57,498 nt of DNA from a bacterium (GCA_030615855.1 JAUWYL010000005.1:1-57498), one strand, 5' to 3'; counted from the stretch's first letter, positions 17,973-28,373 are shown. The notes: generated by a model from the sequence alone, not told the origin. Program-made: numbers and translations.

Positions 17973-20396
17973 ATGCGCCTGTCTGCCGACGAGGCAGGAA
18001 TGAACGCGAATAATAAACGCAAATCTTCGCGAATAAAATATCCACTCCTTATTATTGTTCTCACTTATATTCTAGGTATTATCCTTAGCCATCTTCTTGA
18101 CCTTCCCTTCCCCTTTCTCTTCCTCACCCTTACCTTCCTTCTCCTCTCTTTCTTTCTATCCTTTAAAAGAGGGAATCTCACCCTTTCCACCATCTTCCTC
18201 ATCTTCTCCCTTATTTTAAGCGGCTTTCTCTATCATAAACTCTTTGTCTCCTGTCTTACTCCTTCTGGGTTGGATGAATTCTTGGGGAAAAAGGTAGAGA
18301 TTATTGGAACGGTCTCCTCCTTTCCAGAGGCAAAAGAGGAGAGAACCTCCTTTGCTCTGAAAACAGAGGAAATAGATGGGAAAAGGATGGGATCCAGAAT
18401 AGAGGTCAGTATCTTCCATGCCAAAGACTTCTACCGTGAGGCAGAAATAAAGAAATCCTCCTTTCAGTATGGAGATAGGATCAGATTTCGGGGAAGATTG
18501 GAGAGACCTCCTGCCTCTCGAAACCCGAAGGGTTTCGATTATCGAAGTTATCTCTTGGGAAGGAAGATCCCTGCCCTGGTCTATTTGAGGGAGGAGGAAA
18601 TAGAGATTCTGGGGAGAGAGGGAGGAAATCCCCTATCTCGGGTCGGTCTCTTCTTCCGTCAGCACCTCATGGAGACTATTGACCAGACCCTTCCTTCCCT
18701 TCAGGGAGGGGTGCTCAAGGGGATCCTCCTTGGCAGGAGGGGGGAACTTCCTCCAGAAATAGAAAAAGACTTCATAGATACTGGGGTAGTTCATGTCTTG
18801 GCGGTCTCTGGCCTCCATGTAGGCCTCATTACCTTCATCTTCGGGGCCTTCTTCGCCATTCTTCGTCTCCCTAAAAGGATAAGTGCCCTTCTCCTCATTC
18901 TCATCATCTTTCTCTATGCCCTCATGGTTGGTCCCCGCCCCTCTATCCTGCGAGCCTCGATCATGTTTGGAATAGGCACCCTTGCCTACTACCTTCAACG
19001 GAAGAGGGAACTATACAATTCCCTTGCCTTGGCGGCCCTCATCCTCCTTCTTATAAACCCTCTTTTTCTATTCAACATTGGGTTCCAGCTCTCCTTTATA
19101 GCGGTTCTCTCCATCTTATATCTCTATCCCAGGATCTGGCCCAAATTGAAATCTCTATCTCACTATCTCGGGGGTTTAATGGCCGTCTCTTTGGCTGCCT
19201 GGATTGGGGTAGCGCCTCTAATCGCTTATCACTTCAACTACTTTACTCCAGTGGCCCTTCTGGCCAATCTCTTTGTCGTACCTTTAGTCACTATTGTCGT
19301 TGCCTTGGGTTTTCTGGCAACCATCTTCTCCTTCTTTCTTCCCTTAGCCCATCTCTTCTCTCATGCCAACTGGCTATTCCTAACCCTACTCGTTAAGGCG
19401 GTTAACTTCTTCAATTATTTTCCGGGAGCAGGAATAAGAGTTATTACTCCTTCTCTTTTTTTCATTGGTTTCTATTACTTAGGTATTGTCGGGCTGATAA
19501 ATTTTAGACGTTCCCCCTTGATAAGAAAAGTAGTTTTTATTGGAACCCTATGCTTAATAGCCTTCTTCATCTGGGGAAATATCTTTACCCCTCAAAGTGA
19601 TCTCCTAAAGGTCACTTTCTTGGATGTTGGTCAGGGAGACTCCATTTTCGTTCAATTTCCAGATAAGAAGAATATGCTCATCGATGGAGGAAGTGGAAGA
19701 TATGATACCCTCCCTTCCTACCTCTGGGACCAGAGAATAAGAAGGATCGATTATCTTATCTCCACTCATCCCCATACCGATCACTTAGGAGGTCTGATAG
19801 GGGTTCTTTCTAATTTTAGGGTAGGAGGAGTAATAGAGAGTGGCCAGGAGCATACCTCTTTCACCTACAAAAAGTTTTTGGAGATTATGAAAGAGAAGAA
19901 GATCCCCTACCGGATAGCCAGAGCAGGCCAGAAATTGGAAAGTAATCAAAATAATATACGGATCGATATTTTGCATCCTCAAGAAGAACTCATAGAGTAT
20001 GGAGGCTCTCAACTGAATAATAACTCAATAGTAGTAAAGCTGACCTATGGGAAAGTAAGTTTCCTTTTTACTGCTGATATCGAGAAAGAGGCAGAGGGGT
20101 TACTGGTTAAGAAGTATGGCCTAAGGCTCAAGAGTACCATCCTCAAGGTTCCCCATCAGGGGTCTAAGACTTCTAGTACTTTAAAATTTTTAGAGAAAGT
20201 TTCTCCAGAGTGTGCTATAATAAGTGTCGGTGCCCGAAATCCCTTTGGCCATCCCCATCCTGAGGTATTAAAGAGATTCCAGAATCTAGGAATCAAGGTA
20301 TATCGCACAGATGAAGAGGGAGCAGTTATTATAACTACAGATGGCAGGGATTATTGGGTTAATACTATGCGGGAAAAACAAAGACTAGGAAAGTGA
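17973..20396 (+). CDS. comEC: DNA internalization competence protein ComEC/Rec2
   Basis: DUF4131 OB region (RNPKGFDY), GVVHVLAVSGLHVG, GFQLSF, C-terminal MBL domain (THPHTDHLGG). Confidence 0.95.
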   Translation: MRLSADEAGMNANNKRKSSRIKYPLLIIVLTYILGIILSHLLDLPFPFLFLTLTFLLLSFFLSFKRGNLTLSTIFLIFSLILSGFLYHKLFVSCLTPSGLDEFLGKKVEIIGTVSSFPEAKEERTSFALKTEEIDGKRMGSRIEVSIFHAKDFYREAEIKKSSFQYGDRIRFRGRLERPPASRNPKGFDYRSYLLGRKIPALVYLREEEIEILGREGGNPLSRVGLFFRQHLMETIDQTLPSLQGGVLKGILLGRRGELPPEIEKDFIDTGVVHVLAVSGLHVGLITFIFGAFFAILRLPKRISALLLILIIFLYALMVGPRPSILRASIMFGIGTLAYYLQRKRELYNSLALAALILLLINPLFLFNIGFQLSFIAVLSILYLYPRIWPKLKSLSHYLGGLMAVSLAAWIGVAPLIAYHFNYFTPVALLANLFVVPLVTIVVALGFLATIFSFFLPLAHLFSHANWLFLTLLVKAVNFFNYFPGAGIRVITPSLFFIGFYYLGIVGLINFRRSPLIRKVVFIGTLCLIAFFIWGNIFTPQSDLLKVTFLDVGQGDSIFVQFPDKKNMLIDGGSGRYDTLPSYLWDQRIRRIDYLISTHPHTDHLGGLIGVLSNFRVGGVIESGQEHTSFTYKKFLEIMKEKKIPYRIARAGQKLESNQNNIRIDILHPQEELIEYGGSQLNNNSIVVKLTYGKVSFLFTADIEKEAEGLLVKKYGLRLKSTILKVPHQGSKTSSTLKFLEKVSPECAIISVGARNPFGHPHPEVLKRFQNLGIKVYRTDEEGAVIITTDGRDYWVNTMREKQRLGK

Positions 20397-20520
20397 GCCC
20401 CGAAGGACAAGCCTACGGGGCAGGCAGGTGAAATAGTGAAACGGAGAAGGGGGGAAACGGAGAAAGGGAGAAGAATTACCGATTCACCGTCTCTCCGATT
20501 CCCCGATTCAAAAAAGCGGG
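20397..20520. repeat. CCCCG..CGGGGCAGGCAGG hairpin plus inverted 8-mer arrays (AAACGGAG / CCGATTC)
   Basis: gccccg-N13-cggggc-aggcagg flanked by GTGA; related to 44635-44673. Confidence 0.65.
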
Positions 20521-20530
20521 GAGGTAGGAG

Positions 20531-21049
20531 ATGAGTATTCTGACCAGGGGGGAGATTCTGAAGGAGATTAGGAAGGGAAGGATAAAGATCGAGCCCTTCG
20601 ATGAGTCGAAGGTGGGGCCGGGTTCTGTGGACCTTCATCTGGGGAACGAGTTCCGGGTATTCAAGAAGGTGCACAATGTCATCCATGTCTCAGAAAGGAC
20701 CTCCCATGAGCAGGTAACTGAGGTAGTAAAGGTGAAGAAGCATTTTGTCTTGATGCCAGGAGAGACAATCTTAGGGATTACAAGAGAGAAGATCACCTTG
20801 CCCAGTGACATCTGTGGTTGGCTTGAGGGAAGGAGTAGGTTCGCTCGATTCGGTCTCCTGGTCCACATCTCAGCCAGTTTCATGCATCCTGGGATCGCCA
20901 ACCACCAGGTCCTGGAGATTTCGAATTTTAGTCCTATGCCCTTGGCCATCTATCCTGGGACGCCCATCTGCCAGTTCATCTTTCAGAGAACGGTTGGGAA
21001 GGCAAAATATCACGGGAAATATAGGGCTCAGGATGAGACGAACTTTTAG
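20531..21049 (+). CDS. dcd: dCTP deaminase
   Basis: PGSVDLHLG, EGRSRFARFGL, LEISN, ICQFIF. Confidence 0.9.
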   Translation: MSILTRGEILKEIRKGRIKIEPFDESKVGPGSVDLHLGNEFRVFKKVHNVIHVSERTSHEQVTEVVKVKKHFVLMPGETILGITREKITLPSDICGWLEGRSRFARFGLLVHISASFMHPGIANHQVLEISNFSPMPLAIYPGTPICQFIFQRTVGKAKYHGKYRAQDETNF

Positions 21050-21905
21050 TGCCTTCTCTTTCGATACCAAGTTACCCCCTAGATTTGGGGGAGAAGTCCA
21101 AAGCGTCTTCTCTAAAGCCTTCAATATTAGAACAGAAGAGAATGAACTTATCTCTATTGTGACAGCTGAAAAACTAAATGGTCCCAATCGCATTCTCCTT
21201 AAACTTCCCGAAGATGAAGATTTCATTTCTTTTGGGATAAAAAAGGGGGCAAAAACAGTAGGAACTGCTCAGGAGATAAGTATTGATAACGGAAATTTCC
21301 TCATCTCTTTAGAGAAAGCGAAGAAATGGTCATCTAAAATTGAGATAAAAGAGAAGACATTAAGTTCTCGAGTAAGAGACAACTTGTTTGGCTCATTTCT
21401 CCAAAAAGATTTTTCAACCGAAAAAGAAAGAAACAGCGTTTCTCAAGAATTAAGAGTTCGGATTCAAGAATTGATTAAATCCACTAAAGAAAGAGATTCT
21501 TCCAAAGTTTCAGAAAATGTCAAGAGCCTCATTGGCTTTGGAGAAGGACTTACTCCTTCAGGAGACGATTTTTTAGTAGGATTCATTGCCCCTTTACATT
21601 TTCTGGACAATTCAGAACTCTATCCTCTTTTAAAAAAGATAAAAAGAATCATTAACTTGGAGAAAGAGAAAACTACTTTCTTGAGTGGGAAGTTCTTGGA
21701 ATACGCCTGCCAAGGTAGATTCCCAGAAACAATTCTGAATCTAATAGAAACGATCTTTTCTAGAAATAGAAAAGAGGTCAAGGAAGCGGCCAAAAAGTGT
21801 TTAGACTTTGGTGCCACTTCGGGAAGAGATACTCTTCTTGGAGTTTTGGCAGGCCTTTCTTTAAGAGTAAAGGAACTAGAAAATGATTCTAAAGAATATC
21901 GTTAA
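21033..21905 (+). CDS. DUF2877 family protein (YlbF/AllH-like)
   Basis: LIGFGEGLTPSGDDFLVG and FGATSGRD signatures; adjacent to fdrA. Confidence 0.85.
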   Translation: MRRTFSAFSFDTKLPPRFGGEVQSVFSKAFNIRTEENELISIVTAEKLNGPNRILLKLPEDEDFISFGIKKGAKTVGTAQEISIDNGNFLISLEKAKKWSSKIEIKEKTLSSRVRDNLFGSFLQKDFSTEKERNSVSQELRVRIQELIKSTKERDSSKVSENVKSLIGFGEGLTPSGDDFLVGFIAPLHFLDNSELYPLLKKIKRIINLEKEKTTFLSGKFLEYACQGRFPETILNLIETIFSRNRKEVKEAAKKCLDFGATSGRDTLLGVLAGLSLRVKELENDSKEYR

Positions 21906-23421
21906 GAAAGATACCTATCAGGATTCTGTCTTCTTGATGTCCATTGCCAGTAGGGTAAAGTCTTTAGAAGGTATAGAGGAAGTATCCTGCCTAATGGGAA
22001 CTCCAGAGAATAAAAAACTATTGGCCGAGGTAAATCTTTTAACTAAGGAGGGAGAAGAAGCAAAGTCCAATGACCTCTTGATTGCTATTTCTGCCCGGGA
22101 CAAGATGGCTATTGAAAAGACATTGGAGGAGATCAAAAAATTATTGGCGGAGAAAAGGGTTAGAAAAGAAGAAGGTGAGGCAATTTTACCTAAGAGCCTG
22201 GATTCTGCCCTTGACCAATTGCCAGATGCCAATCTTATTCATATCTCTATTCCCGGAAGGTATGTGAGATGGGAAGCAGAAAAAGCCTTAGAAAGGGGCT
22301 TAAACCTCTTCATCTTCAGTGACAATGTTTCCGTAGGGGATGAGTTAGAGTTAAAGAGAATGGCTAAGAGGAAAGGCCAGTTAGTCATGGGTCCAGACTG
22401 TGGAACAGCGATAATCAATGGTGTGGCCTTAGGATTTGCTAATGTAGTCAGAAGAGGGAATATTGGAATTGTTGCTGCTGCGGGAACAGGACTGCAGGAA
22501 GTCTCTTGTCTAATCCATCAGGCTGGCTTGGGAATCTCTCAGGGTATTGGAACTGGGGGAAGGGACCTATTAAAGGGGATCGGTGGAATTACCATGCTTC
22601 AGGGAATAAAGGCCTTGGAGAATGACCCAGATACCAGGATAATCCTCTTGATCTCCAAGCCTCCAGCAAAGGAAGTAGCAGATAGAATAATAAAAGAGGT
22701 AAAGAAGGCTAAGAAGCCCTTTGTCATAAATTTCTTAGGAAGCAAACCAGGCGAAGAGACTAAAAGAATACACTTTGCTTCTACCTTAGAGGAGACAGCC
22801 CATAAAGCGATAGCCCTGAGCAAGAAAGAAAAGTATAAATCTAAAGTATTCAGCGAGAGAAAAGAAAGAATAATCTCTTTAGCAAAAAGAGAACCCTCAA
22901 AACTTAAAAATAGACAGAAGTATATTCGAGGATTATTCTCTGGGGGAACACTATGTGATGAGGCCATGCTCATCTTAAAAGATTTAGTGGGTGATATCTA
23001 TTCCAATATCCCCCTAAAACCCTCTCTGAAGTTAAAGAACAGTAATTTGAGCCAAAAGAACTCTTTAGTTGACTTAGGAGATGATGAGTTTACCAGAGGA
23101 AGGCCCCATCCCATGATTGACTTCACCTTAAGGAATGAAAGGATTATCCAGGAGGTAAAGAATCCAGAAACAGCGGTAATCCTTTTGGACATCGTCTTGG
23201 GTTATGGCGCCCATCCTGATCCAGCGAATGCCTTGGCTCCAGCAATAAAGGAGGCAAAGGAAAGGAATGTCTTAGTAGTGGCCTCCTTATGTGGCACAGA
23301 GGGCGATCCCCAGGACTATAAGAGACAGAAGGAAGAATTAGAGAAGATGGGAGTAATCATTATGCCTTCCAATGCTCAGGCAGCGAGGTTCACTGCCCTG
23401 GCAGCCACAAAACGCAGATGA
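21883..23421 (+). CDS. fdrA: Acyl-CoA synthetase-like FdrA (AllF)
   Basis: YQDSVFLM, MGTPENK, FIFSDNV, VMGPDCGT, GLFSGGTL, DDEFTRGRPHPMID. Confidence 0.9.
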   Translation: MILKNIVKKDTYQDSVFLMSIASRVKSLEGIEEVSCLMGTPENKKLLAEVNLLTKEGEEAKSNDLLIAISARDKMAIEKTLEEIKKLLAEKRVRKEEGEAILPKSLDSALDQLPDANLIHISIPGRYVRWEAEKALERGLNLFIFSDNVSVGDELELKRMAKRKGQLVMGPDCGTAIINGVALGFANVVRRGNIGIVAAAGTGLQEVSCLIHQAGLGISQGIGTGGRDLLKGIGGITMLQGIKALENDPDTRIILLISKPPAKEVADRIIKEVKKAKKPFVINFLGSKPGEETKRIHFASTLEETAHKAIALSKKEKYKSKVFSERKERIISLAKREPSKLKNRQKYIRGLFSGGTLCDEAMLILKDLVGDIYSNIPLKPSLKLKNSNLSQKNSLVDLGDDEFTRGRPHPMIDFTLRNERIIQEVKNPETAVILLDIVLGYGAHPDPANALAPAIKEAKERNVLVVASLCGTEGDPQDYKRQKEELEKMGVIIMPSNAQAARFTALAATKRR

Positions 23422-23430
23422 CTACAGATA

Positions 23431-23882
23431 AAGGAGTAAGGAATAAGGAATAAGGAGTAAGGAGTAAGTAGGAAGTGATGGAAAAGAAGGTAAGAAAGGT
23501 CGAAGATCTCTTAGTTTACCAGAGAGCGATGAAACTCTTTGATGAATTCATGGAAGAAGACCTTCCTCTTTTGAGTAAACATTTTGCGGGAAGGGAATTG
23601 GCCAGACAGCAGGTAAGAAGCCTTGATTCCATCTGTGCCAATATGGAGGAAGGCTTTGGGAGAAAAGCAGGCAAGGAACATAAAAATTTCTTCCGGATAT
23701 CAAGAGGTTCTACAGGCGAGAGTAAGGGAAGATATAGAAGATGCAAAAAATTCTTATCCCAGAAAACAATAGAGAAAAGAGTAGGACAATTGAGTGAAAT
23801 CCAAGCTATGCTCAATTCCCTACTAAGCAAACTAAGGGATTAGCCCTTTCACTTACTACTTGTTACTTACTACTTACTACTT
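23431..23882. mobile_element. Four-helix-bundle cassette bounded by inverted heptamer arrays
   Basis: (TAAGGAR)n at 23431-23474 and (CTTACTA)n at 23852-23882 flank the ORF. Confidence 0.55.
23475..23843 (+). CDS. Four-helix-bundle protein (23S rRNA IVP / TIGR02436-like)
   Basis: EDLLVYQRA...QVRSLDSICANMEEGFGR....F..ISRGS..E. Confidence 0.9.
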   Translation: MMEKKVRKVEDLLVYQRAMKLFDEFMEEDLPLLSKHFAGRELARQQVRSLDSICANMEEGFGRKAGKEHKNFFRISRGSTGESKGRYRRCKKFLSQKTIEKRVGQLSEIQAMLNSLLSKLRD

Positions 23883-23902
23883 TTTTTAAAAGGTAGGGAG
23901 AT

Positions 23903-24985
23903 ATGGACTATTTAATTAAGAAGGCCAAGAAGAAGGATTTTTCTCTCTACAAGATAGGCCCGGATGGGAAGGGGGTAAAGAGGTATATTATCTCTACTCT
24001 CCAGACACGCAAGATATGCAACATTCCGGAGATCATGGGCTTTGAGTATATAAGCACTCTCCAGGAAGGAATGAAGAAGATCTTAAAGAACCTTCCTTTT
24101 CATCGTTTCGATGATAAAAGTGTCTCTGTCTTACATTTCCTAAGAGGAGGACTTAACTTCGGCCTCCCCTTTCTTCTCCACAAGGTCTATGGCTTCAATA
24201 GGCACTTCTCTTCCTTTATCACCTCCCAGAGATATAAGAAAAGAGGGAAGTGGTCAATAAAGTTAGACCAGTATCGCAAGTTTTCCATTCCGGAAGATGC
24301 TAACATCTTCTTAGGGGATGTCATTGCTACCGGAACCACCATAGAGAATGGATTGGGAATACTTTATAGAAGATGTTTGGAAGAAAAGAAGAATATCAAG
24401 AACTTCATCGTCTTTACCATTGGTTGTTATAAGGCGGAGAAGATCTTGGAAAAGTTCGATAGGCTCTTCAGGAAATCATTCGACTATCAGAATACCTATC
24501 TCTATTACTTAGAAGGAAGGTTTGGCCTGCCAGAGAAGAGGAAGGATTTTAGAATCTGCCTTCCGGGAACAGACCTCATCAGATATCCCGCCCTCCTCTC
24601 CCCGGAGTTCGAACTATTCCAGTATGAGAAAATATCTTATCCCTTGGAGAGATGCACCATCTACGATGTGGGCTCCCGCTCCTTTGAATGCCTTACTCAC
24701 TTAGAAGATGTTATCGACTATTGGAAGAAACTATCTCTTACCGGAATGACCCTCTATGAGGCTTATAAAGAGAGGTGGCCAGAGAGGGAATATAGTTCGT
24801 TTGAGAGTTTGAGAGAAGCAAAGAGAAGAACCTGGAAGAATATGGATCCAAAGTTAATTAAAAATCTCTATGAAACATACCGAAGGAGATGGACTCCAAA
24901 GAGAATAAGAGAGGCCAAGAAGAAAGATTCTCTCAAAAAATTCTGTACTCAAAGAATAAAAGAAATAAAGAAATTAATGAAGTGA
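23903..24985 (+). CDS. Phosphoribosyltransferase-like protein (UPRTase-like fold)
   Basis: HFLRGGLNF and PRPP-loop-like IFLGDVIATGTT. Confidence 0.6.
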   Translation: MDYLIKKAKKKDFSLYKIGPDGKGVKRYIISTLQTRKICNIPEIMGFEYISTLQEGMKKILKNLPFHRFDDKSVSVLHFLRGGLNFGLPFLLHKVYGFNRHFSSFITSQRYKKRGKWSIKLDQYRKFSIPEDANIFLGDVIATGTTIENGLGILYRRCLEEKKNIKNFIVFTIGCYKAEKILEKFDRLFRKSFDYQNTYLYYLEGRFGLPEKRKDFRICLPGTDLIRYPALLSPEFELFQYEKISYPLERCTIYDVGSRSFECLTHLEDVIDYWKKLSLTGMTLYEAYKERWPEREYSSFESLREAKRRTWKNMDPKLIKNLYETYRRRWTPKRIREAKKKDSLKKFCTQRIKEIKKLMK

Positions 24986-24989
24986 AAAA

Positions 24990-26387
24990 ATGACTGGGTT
25001 ATTCGGCAAGAAATTAAAGGTCATCGATCTGGGGCTGGAGTCCTTTCACGATTCCTTACAGGAACAGGGAGTGGAGGTTTTGCATGTCGATTGGAAACCT
25101 CTTTCTTCCAGAGCAAGAATATTGTCTAAACTCGATAATCGAGCGATTGATAAAGTAAATGAAGAAGCGGTTAAGAGGATGATTGATTCTCAGCCGATAC
25201 TGGTAGACATTAAACAGGCCAAGGATGTTATTCCGGGAATGAGCAAGAGGACCATTCTTCATGCTGGGCCTCCCGTAGAATGGAAGAAGATGTGTGGACC
25301 AATAAAGGGAGCAGTAATGGGTGCTCTGATCTATGAAGGATTGGCAGAGAACCCGAAAGAGGCAAAGAAATTAGTAGCCAGTGAAAAGATTAAATTTTCC
25401 CCCTGTCACCATCATAATGCGGTAGGACCTATGGCCGGCGTTATCTCGGCCTCTATGTATGTCTTCGTGGTCAAGAATCAAAGATTCGGTAATTATGCTT
25501 ACTGCACCTTAAATGAGGGATTAGGGAAGGTATTGAGGTTCGGTGCCTATAGTGAGGAAGTAATCGAGAGGCTTAAGTGGATGGAGAAGGTCCTCGCTCC
25601 GGGCTTGAAGAAAGCGGTAAAAATATCCGGGGGAATGAATATCAAGAACCTTACTGCTCAGGCACTGCAGATGGGGGATGAGTGCCATAACAGGAATGTT
25701 GCTGCCACCTCATTATTTTTAAAGGAGATTACCCCTCATCTCCTAAAGACCGATTTGAATAAAAAGACAATAGGAGAAATAATTGAATTTGTTTCGGGAA
25801 ATGTCCATTTCTTTCTGAATATCTCCATGGCGGCCTGCAAGGCAACTGCAGATACTATCTTAGGATTTAAGAATAGTTCCCTGGTGAGCGTCATGGCCAG
25901 AAATGGAACAGATATCGGAATAAGGGTGGCAGAATTAGGGGAGAGATGGTTTACTGCAAAAGCCGGGATGCCTAAGGGACTATACTTTGCCGGCTATAGC
26001 GCCAAGGATGCCAATCCCGACTTAGGGGATTCCACAATATCAGAGGTCGCCGGCATTGGGGGATTTGCTATGGCCTCTGCTCCAGCTATCGTCCAGTTCA
26101 TAGGAGGAAGTCCTCAGGATGCCATAAAATACACCAAAGAGATGTATGAAATTACTGTCGCAAAACATAGTATTTATAAAATTCCCACCCTTGATTTTAT
26201 AGGGACACCAATCGGTATCGATATCAGAAAGGTGGTTGAGACCGGGATTACCCCATTCATCAATACCGGGATTGCCCACAAAAAACCGGGCATCGGCCAG
26301 ATAGGAGCCGGCATCCTGCGCGCCCCCATGAGCATCTTCGAAGAAGCTCTTACTACCTTCGCATCTTCGAAGATTGGAAGACCGTAA
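24990..26387 (+). CDS. DUF1116 family protein (YlbE/AllG-like)
   Basis: ILHAGPP, PCHHHNAVGPMAG, NEGLGKVLRFGA, MGDECHNRN, DLGDS, INTGIAHK. Confidence 0.9.
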   Translation: MTGLFGKKLKVIDLGLESFHDSLQEQGVEVLHVDWKPLSSRARILSKLDNRAIDKVNEEAVKRMIDSQPILVDIKQAKDVIPGMSKRTILHAGPPVEWKKMCGPIKGAVMGALIYEGLAENPKEAKKLVASEKIKFSPCHHHNAVGPMAGVISASMYVFVVKNQRFGNYAYCTLNEGLGKVLRFGAYSEEVIERLKWMEKVLAPGLKKAVKISGGMNIKNLTAQALQMGDECHNRNVAATSLFLKEITPHLLKTDLNKKTIGEIIEFVSGNVHFFLNISMAACKATADTILGFKNSSLVSVMARNGTDIGIRVAELGERWFTAKAGMPKGLYFAGYSAKDANPDLGDSTISEVAGIGGFAMASAPAIVQFIGGSPQDAIKYTKEMYEITVAKHSIYKIPTLDFIGTPIGIDIRKVVETGITPFINTGIAHKKPGIGQIGAGILRAPMSIFEEALTTFASSKIGRP

Positions 26388-26476
26388 TAAGCTCAAATTT
26401 TCCTTTCTTTTCCGTTGAATCTATAGTATAATGTTGATGTTAAATGAGAAATGAGGCTTGCTTGTAGGAGATAGAG

Positions 26477-28372
26477 ATGGGGAAGTATAAAGGTTATCAT
26501 GGAAAGTATATCAGGGTTGATTTGACGAAGGAAGAAGTTAAGGTTCTGGACCTGCCAGATGATCTCATTGAGAACTATCTGGGAGGGAATGGCTTTGGGA
26601 TAAAGATCCTCTGGGATGAGGTTCCTCCAGAGGTCGATGCCTTAGACCCAGAGAATAGGCTCGTCTTTGCTACCGGCGCCTTGAATGGGACCCTCTGGCC
26701 CTGTTCTGGTCATTTAGAGGTAATTAGCAAATCGCCCTTGACGGGAATCTATGGTGATGCCAATGCTGGTGGCTTCTTTGCCCCAGAACTACGCTTTGCG
26801 GGCTACGATATGATCGTCTTTCAGGGAAAGGCAGAGAGGCCGGTCTATCTATGGATTAAAGACGATGAGATTGAACTAAGGGATGCCAAACATCTCTGGG
26901 GAAAAGATACCCTTACCACCCAGAGGATGATCAGAGAAGAGTTGAAAGATGAGAAGATTAAGGTGGCCTCTATCGGCCCGGCAGGGGAGAATCTGGTCAA
27001 ATTTGCCTGCATCGTAGTCACTGAGAATCGTACCCTTGCTCGGGCAGGAATAGGAGCCGTAATGGGAAGTAAAAACTTGAAAGCAATTGCGGTGCGTGGA
27101 ACAAAACAAGTTTCCCTAAATAATCCAGAGGAGCTTAAGAAGGCCGCCACTTTGGCAAGGAAGGCCATAAGGGAGAATGAGTTCACCGCAGGAGAGCATA
27201 AGTATGGAACAGCAGGTTTAGTAAATATTGTCAATGAGGTGGGAAGATTCCCCACCCGGAATTTACAAGCCGGACACTTTGAAGAGGCGGATAAGATTAG
27301 TGGTGAAGCCTTGGACGAGAAGCACTTTGTGAGACACCAGGCCTGCTATCGCTGTCCCATTGCTTGTGATAAGGTGATGGAGGTGAGGGAAGGAGAGTAT
27401 AAGGGGACGGTGACCTCTTCCTTAGAGTATGAGACACTATGTTCCCTGGGAGCAAAGTGTGGCAATAGCAATTTAGCCTCCGTTATTAAGGCCAATGTCA
27501 TCTGCGATAGCATGGGAATGGACACCATCTCTGCCGGAGGGGCCATCTCCTGGGCCATGGAGTGTTACGAGAAGAGAATACTAACTAAGGAAGATACGGA
27601 TGGCCTGGACCTTTCCTGGGGAAATTATCATTCCATAATTACCCTATTGGAGAAAATTGCCAAAAGAGAGGGATTTGGTGGTCTATTAGCAGAAGGTTGT
27701 AAGAGAGCAGCAGAGAAGACTGGCAAGGGTTCGGAATATTATGCCATGCATATCAAAGGGATGGAGATCCCCGCCCAGGATGGAAGGAGCCAGCAGTCCA
27801 TGGGATTAGCCCATGCAACCTCTAATAGGGGAGCAGACCACTTGAAGGGATTCCCTACCATTGATGAGACCGGCTATGCCGGAGCAGCCATAAAAAGGTA
27901 CGGAGAGGATAAGATGCCGGAGATAATAGATGGCATCCAGACCAAGTATAAGCCCCTTGTGGTGAAGGATGGGGAGGAGTTCTGCGCCGTCATTGACTCA
28001 TCGGGGATCTGTAAGTTCGGAACATTATTTCCTCCCGCCATCTACTGGGATCTTCTGACTCCCGGAATAAAGTATGCTACTGGACTGGATGTTGATGTTC
28101 CCAGACTGAAAAAGATTGGGGAGAGGATATACAATCTTCAGAGATGTTATAATATCCTTTTGGGAATCTCGAAGAAGGACGATACCCAGCCAGAGAGACT
28201 CTTAAAAGAGCCCTCTCCTTCTAAGAGAGCCAAAGGCCATGTGGTCTACTTAGATAAGATGCTGCCTGAGTATTATAAACTTAGGGAATGGGATGAGGAG
28301 ACCGGCTATCCCACGAGGAAGAAGTTAGAAGAACTAGGCTTAGGCTTCGCTGCTGATAAACTGAATTTATGA
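26477..28372 (+). CDS. Aldehyde:ferredoxin oxidoreductase family (W/Mo-pterin)
   Basis: KSPLTG, IGPAGENLV, GAVMGSKNLKAIAV, CYRCPIAC, EYET, GMDTIS, RGADH. Confidence 0.92.
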   Translation: MGKYKGYHGKYIRVDLTKEEVKVLDLPDDLIENYLGGNGFGIKILWDEVPPEVDALDPENRLVFATGALNGTLWPCSGHLEVISKSPLTGIYGDANAGGFFAPELRFAGYDMIVFQGKAERPVYLWIKDDEIELRDAKHLWGKDTLTTQRMIREELKDEKIKVASIGPAGENLVKFACIVVTENRTLARAGIGAVMGSKNLKAIAVRGTKQVSLNNPEELKKAATLARKAIRENEFTAGEHKYGTAGLVNIVNEVGRFPTRNLQAGHFEEADKISGEALDEKHFVRHQACYRCPIACDKVMEVREGEYKGTVTSSLEYETLCSLGAKCGNSNLASVIKANVICDSMGMDTISAGGAISWAMECYEKRILTKEDTDGLDLSWGNYHSIITLLEKIAKREGFGGLLAEGCKRAAEKTGKGSEYYAMHIKGMEIPAQDGRSQQSMGLAHATSNRGADHLKGFPTIDETGYAGAAIKRYGEDKMPEIIDGIQTKYKPLVVKDGEEFCAVIDSSGICKFGTLFPPAIYWDLLTPGIKYATGLDVDVPRLKKIGERIYNLQRCYNILLGISKKDDTQPERLLKEPSPSKRAKGHVVYLDKMLPEYYKLREWDEETGYPTRKKLEELGLGFAADKLNL

Positions 28373-28373
28373 G

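Noticed and set aside
20805-21032. Long N-terminal extensions in the ORF track (also 15546, 32531, 37411, 45229, 47074, 56303)
   Set aside because: They overlap upstream genes or repeat elements; downstream starts with an SD or stop/start overlap fit the protein families better.
23475-23843. Diversity-generating retroelement (Avd-like gene)
   Set aside because: No reverse transcriptase and no TR/VR pair differing at adenines was seen in the window.
26404-26432. Promoter upstream of AOR (TATAAT at 26427)
   Set aside because: Perfect -10 but no convincing -35 at 16-18 nt spacing; insufficient support.
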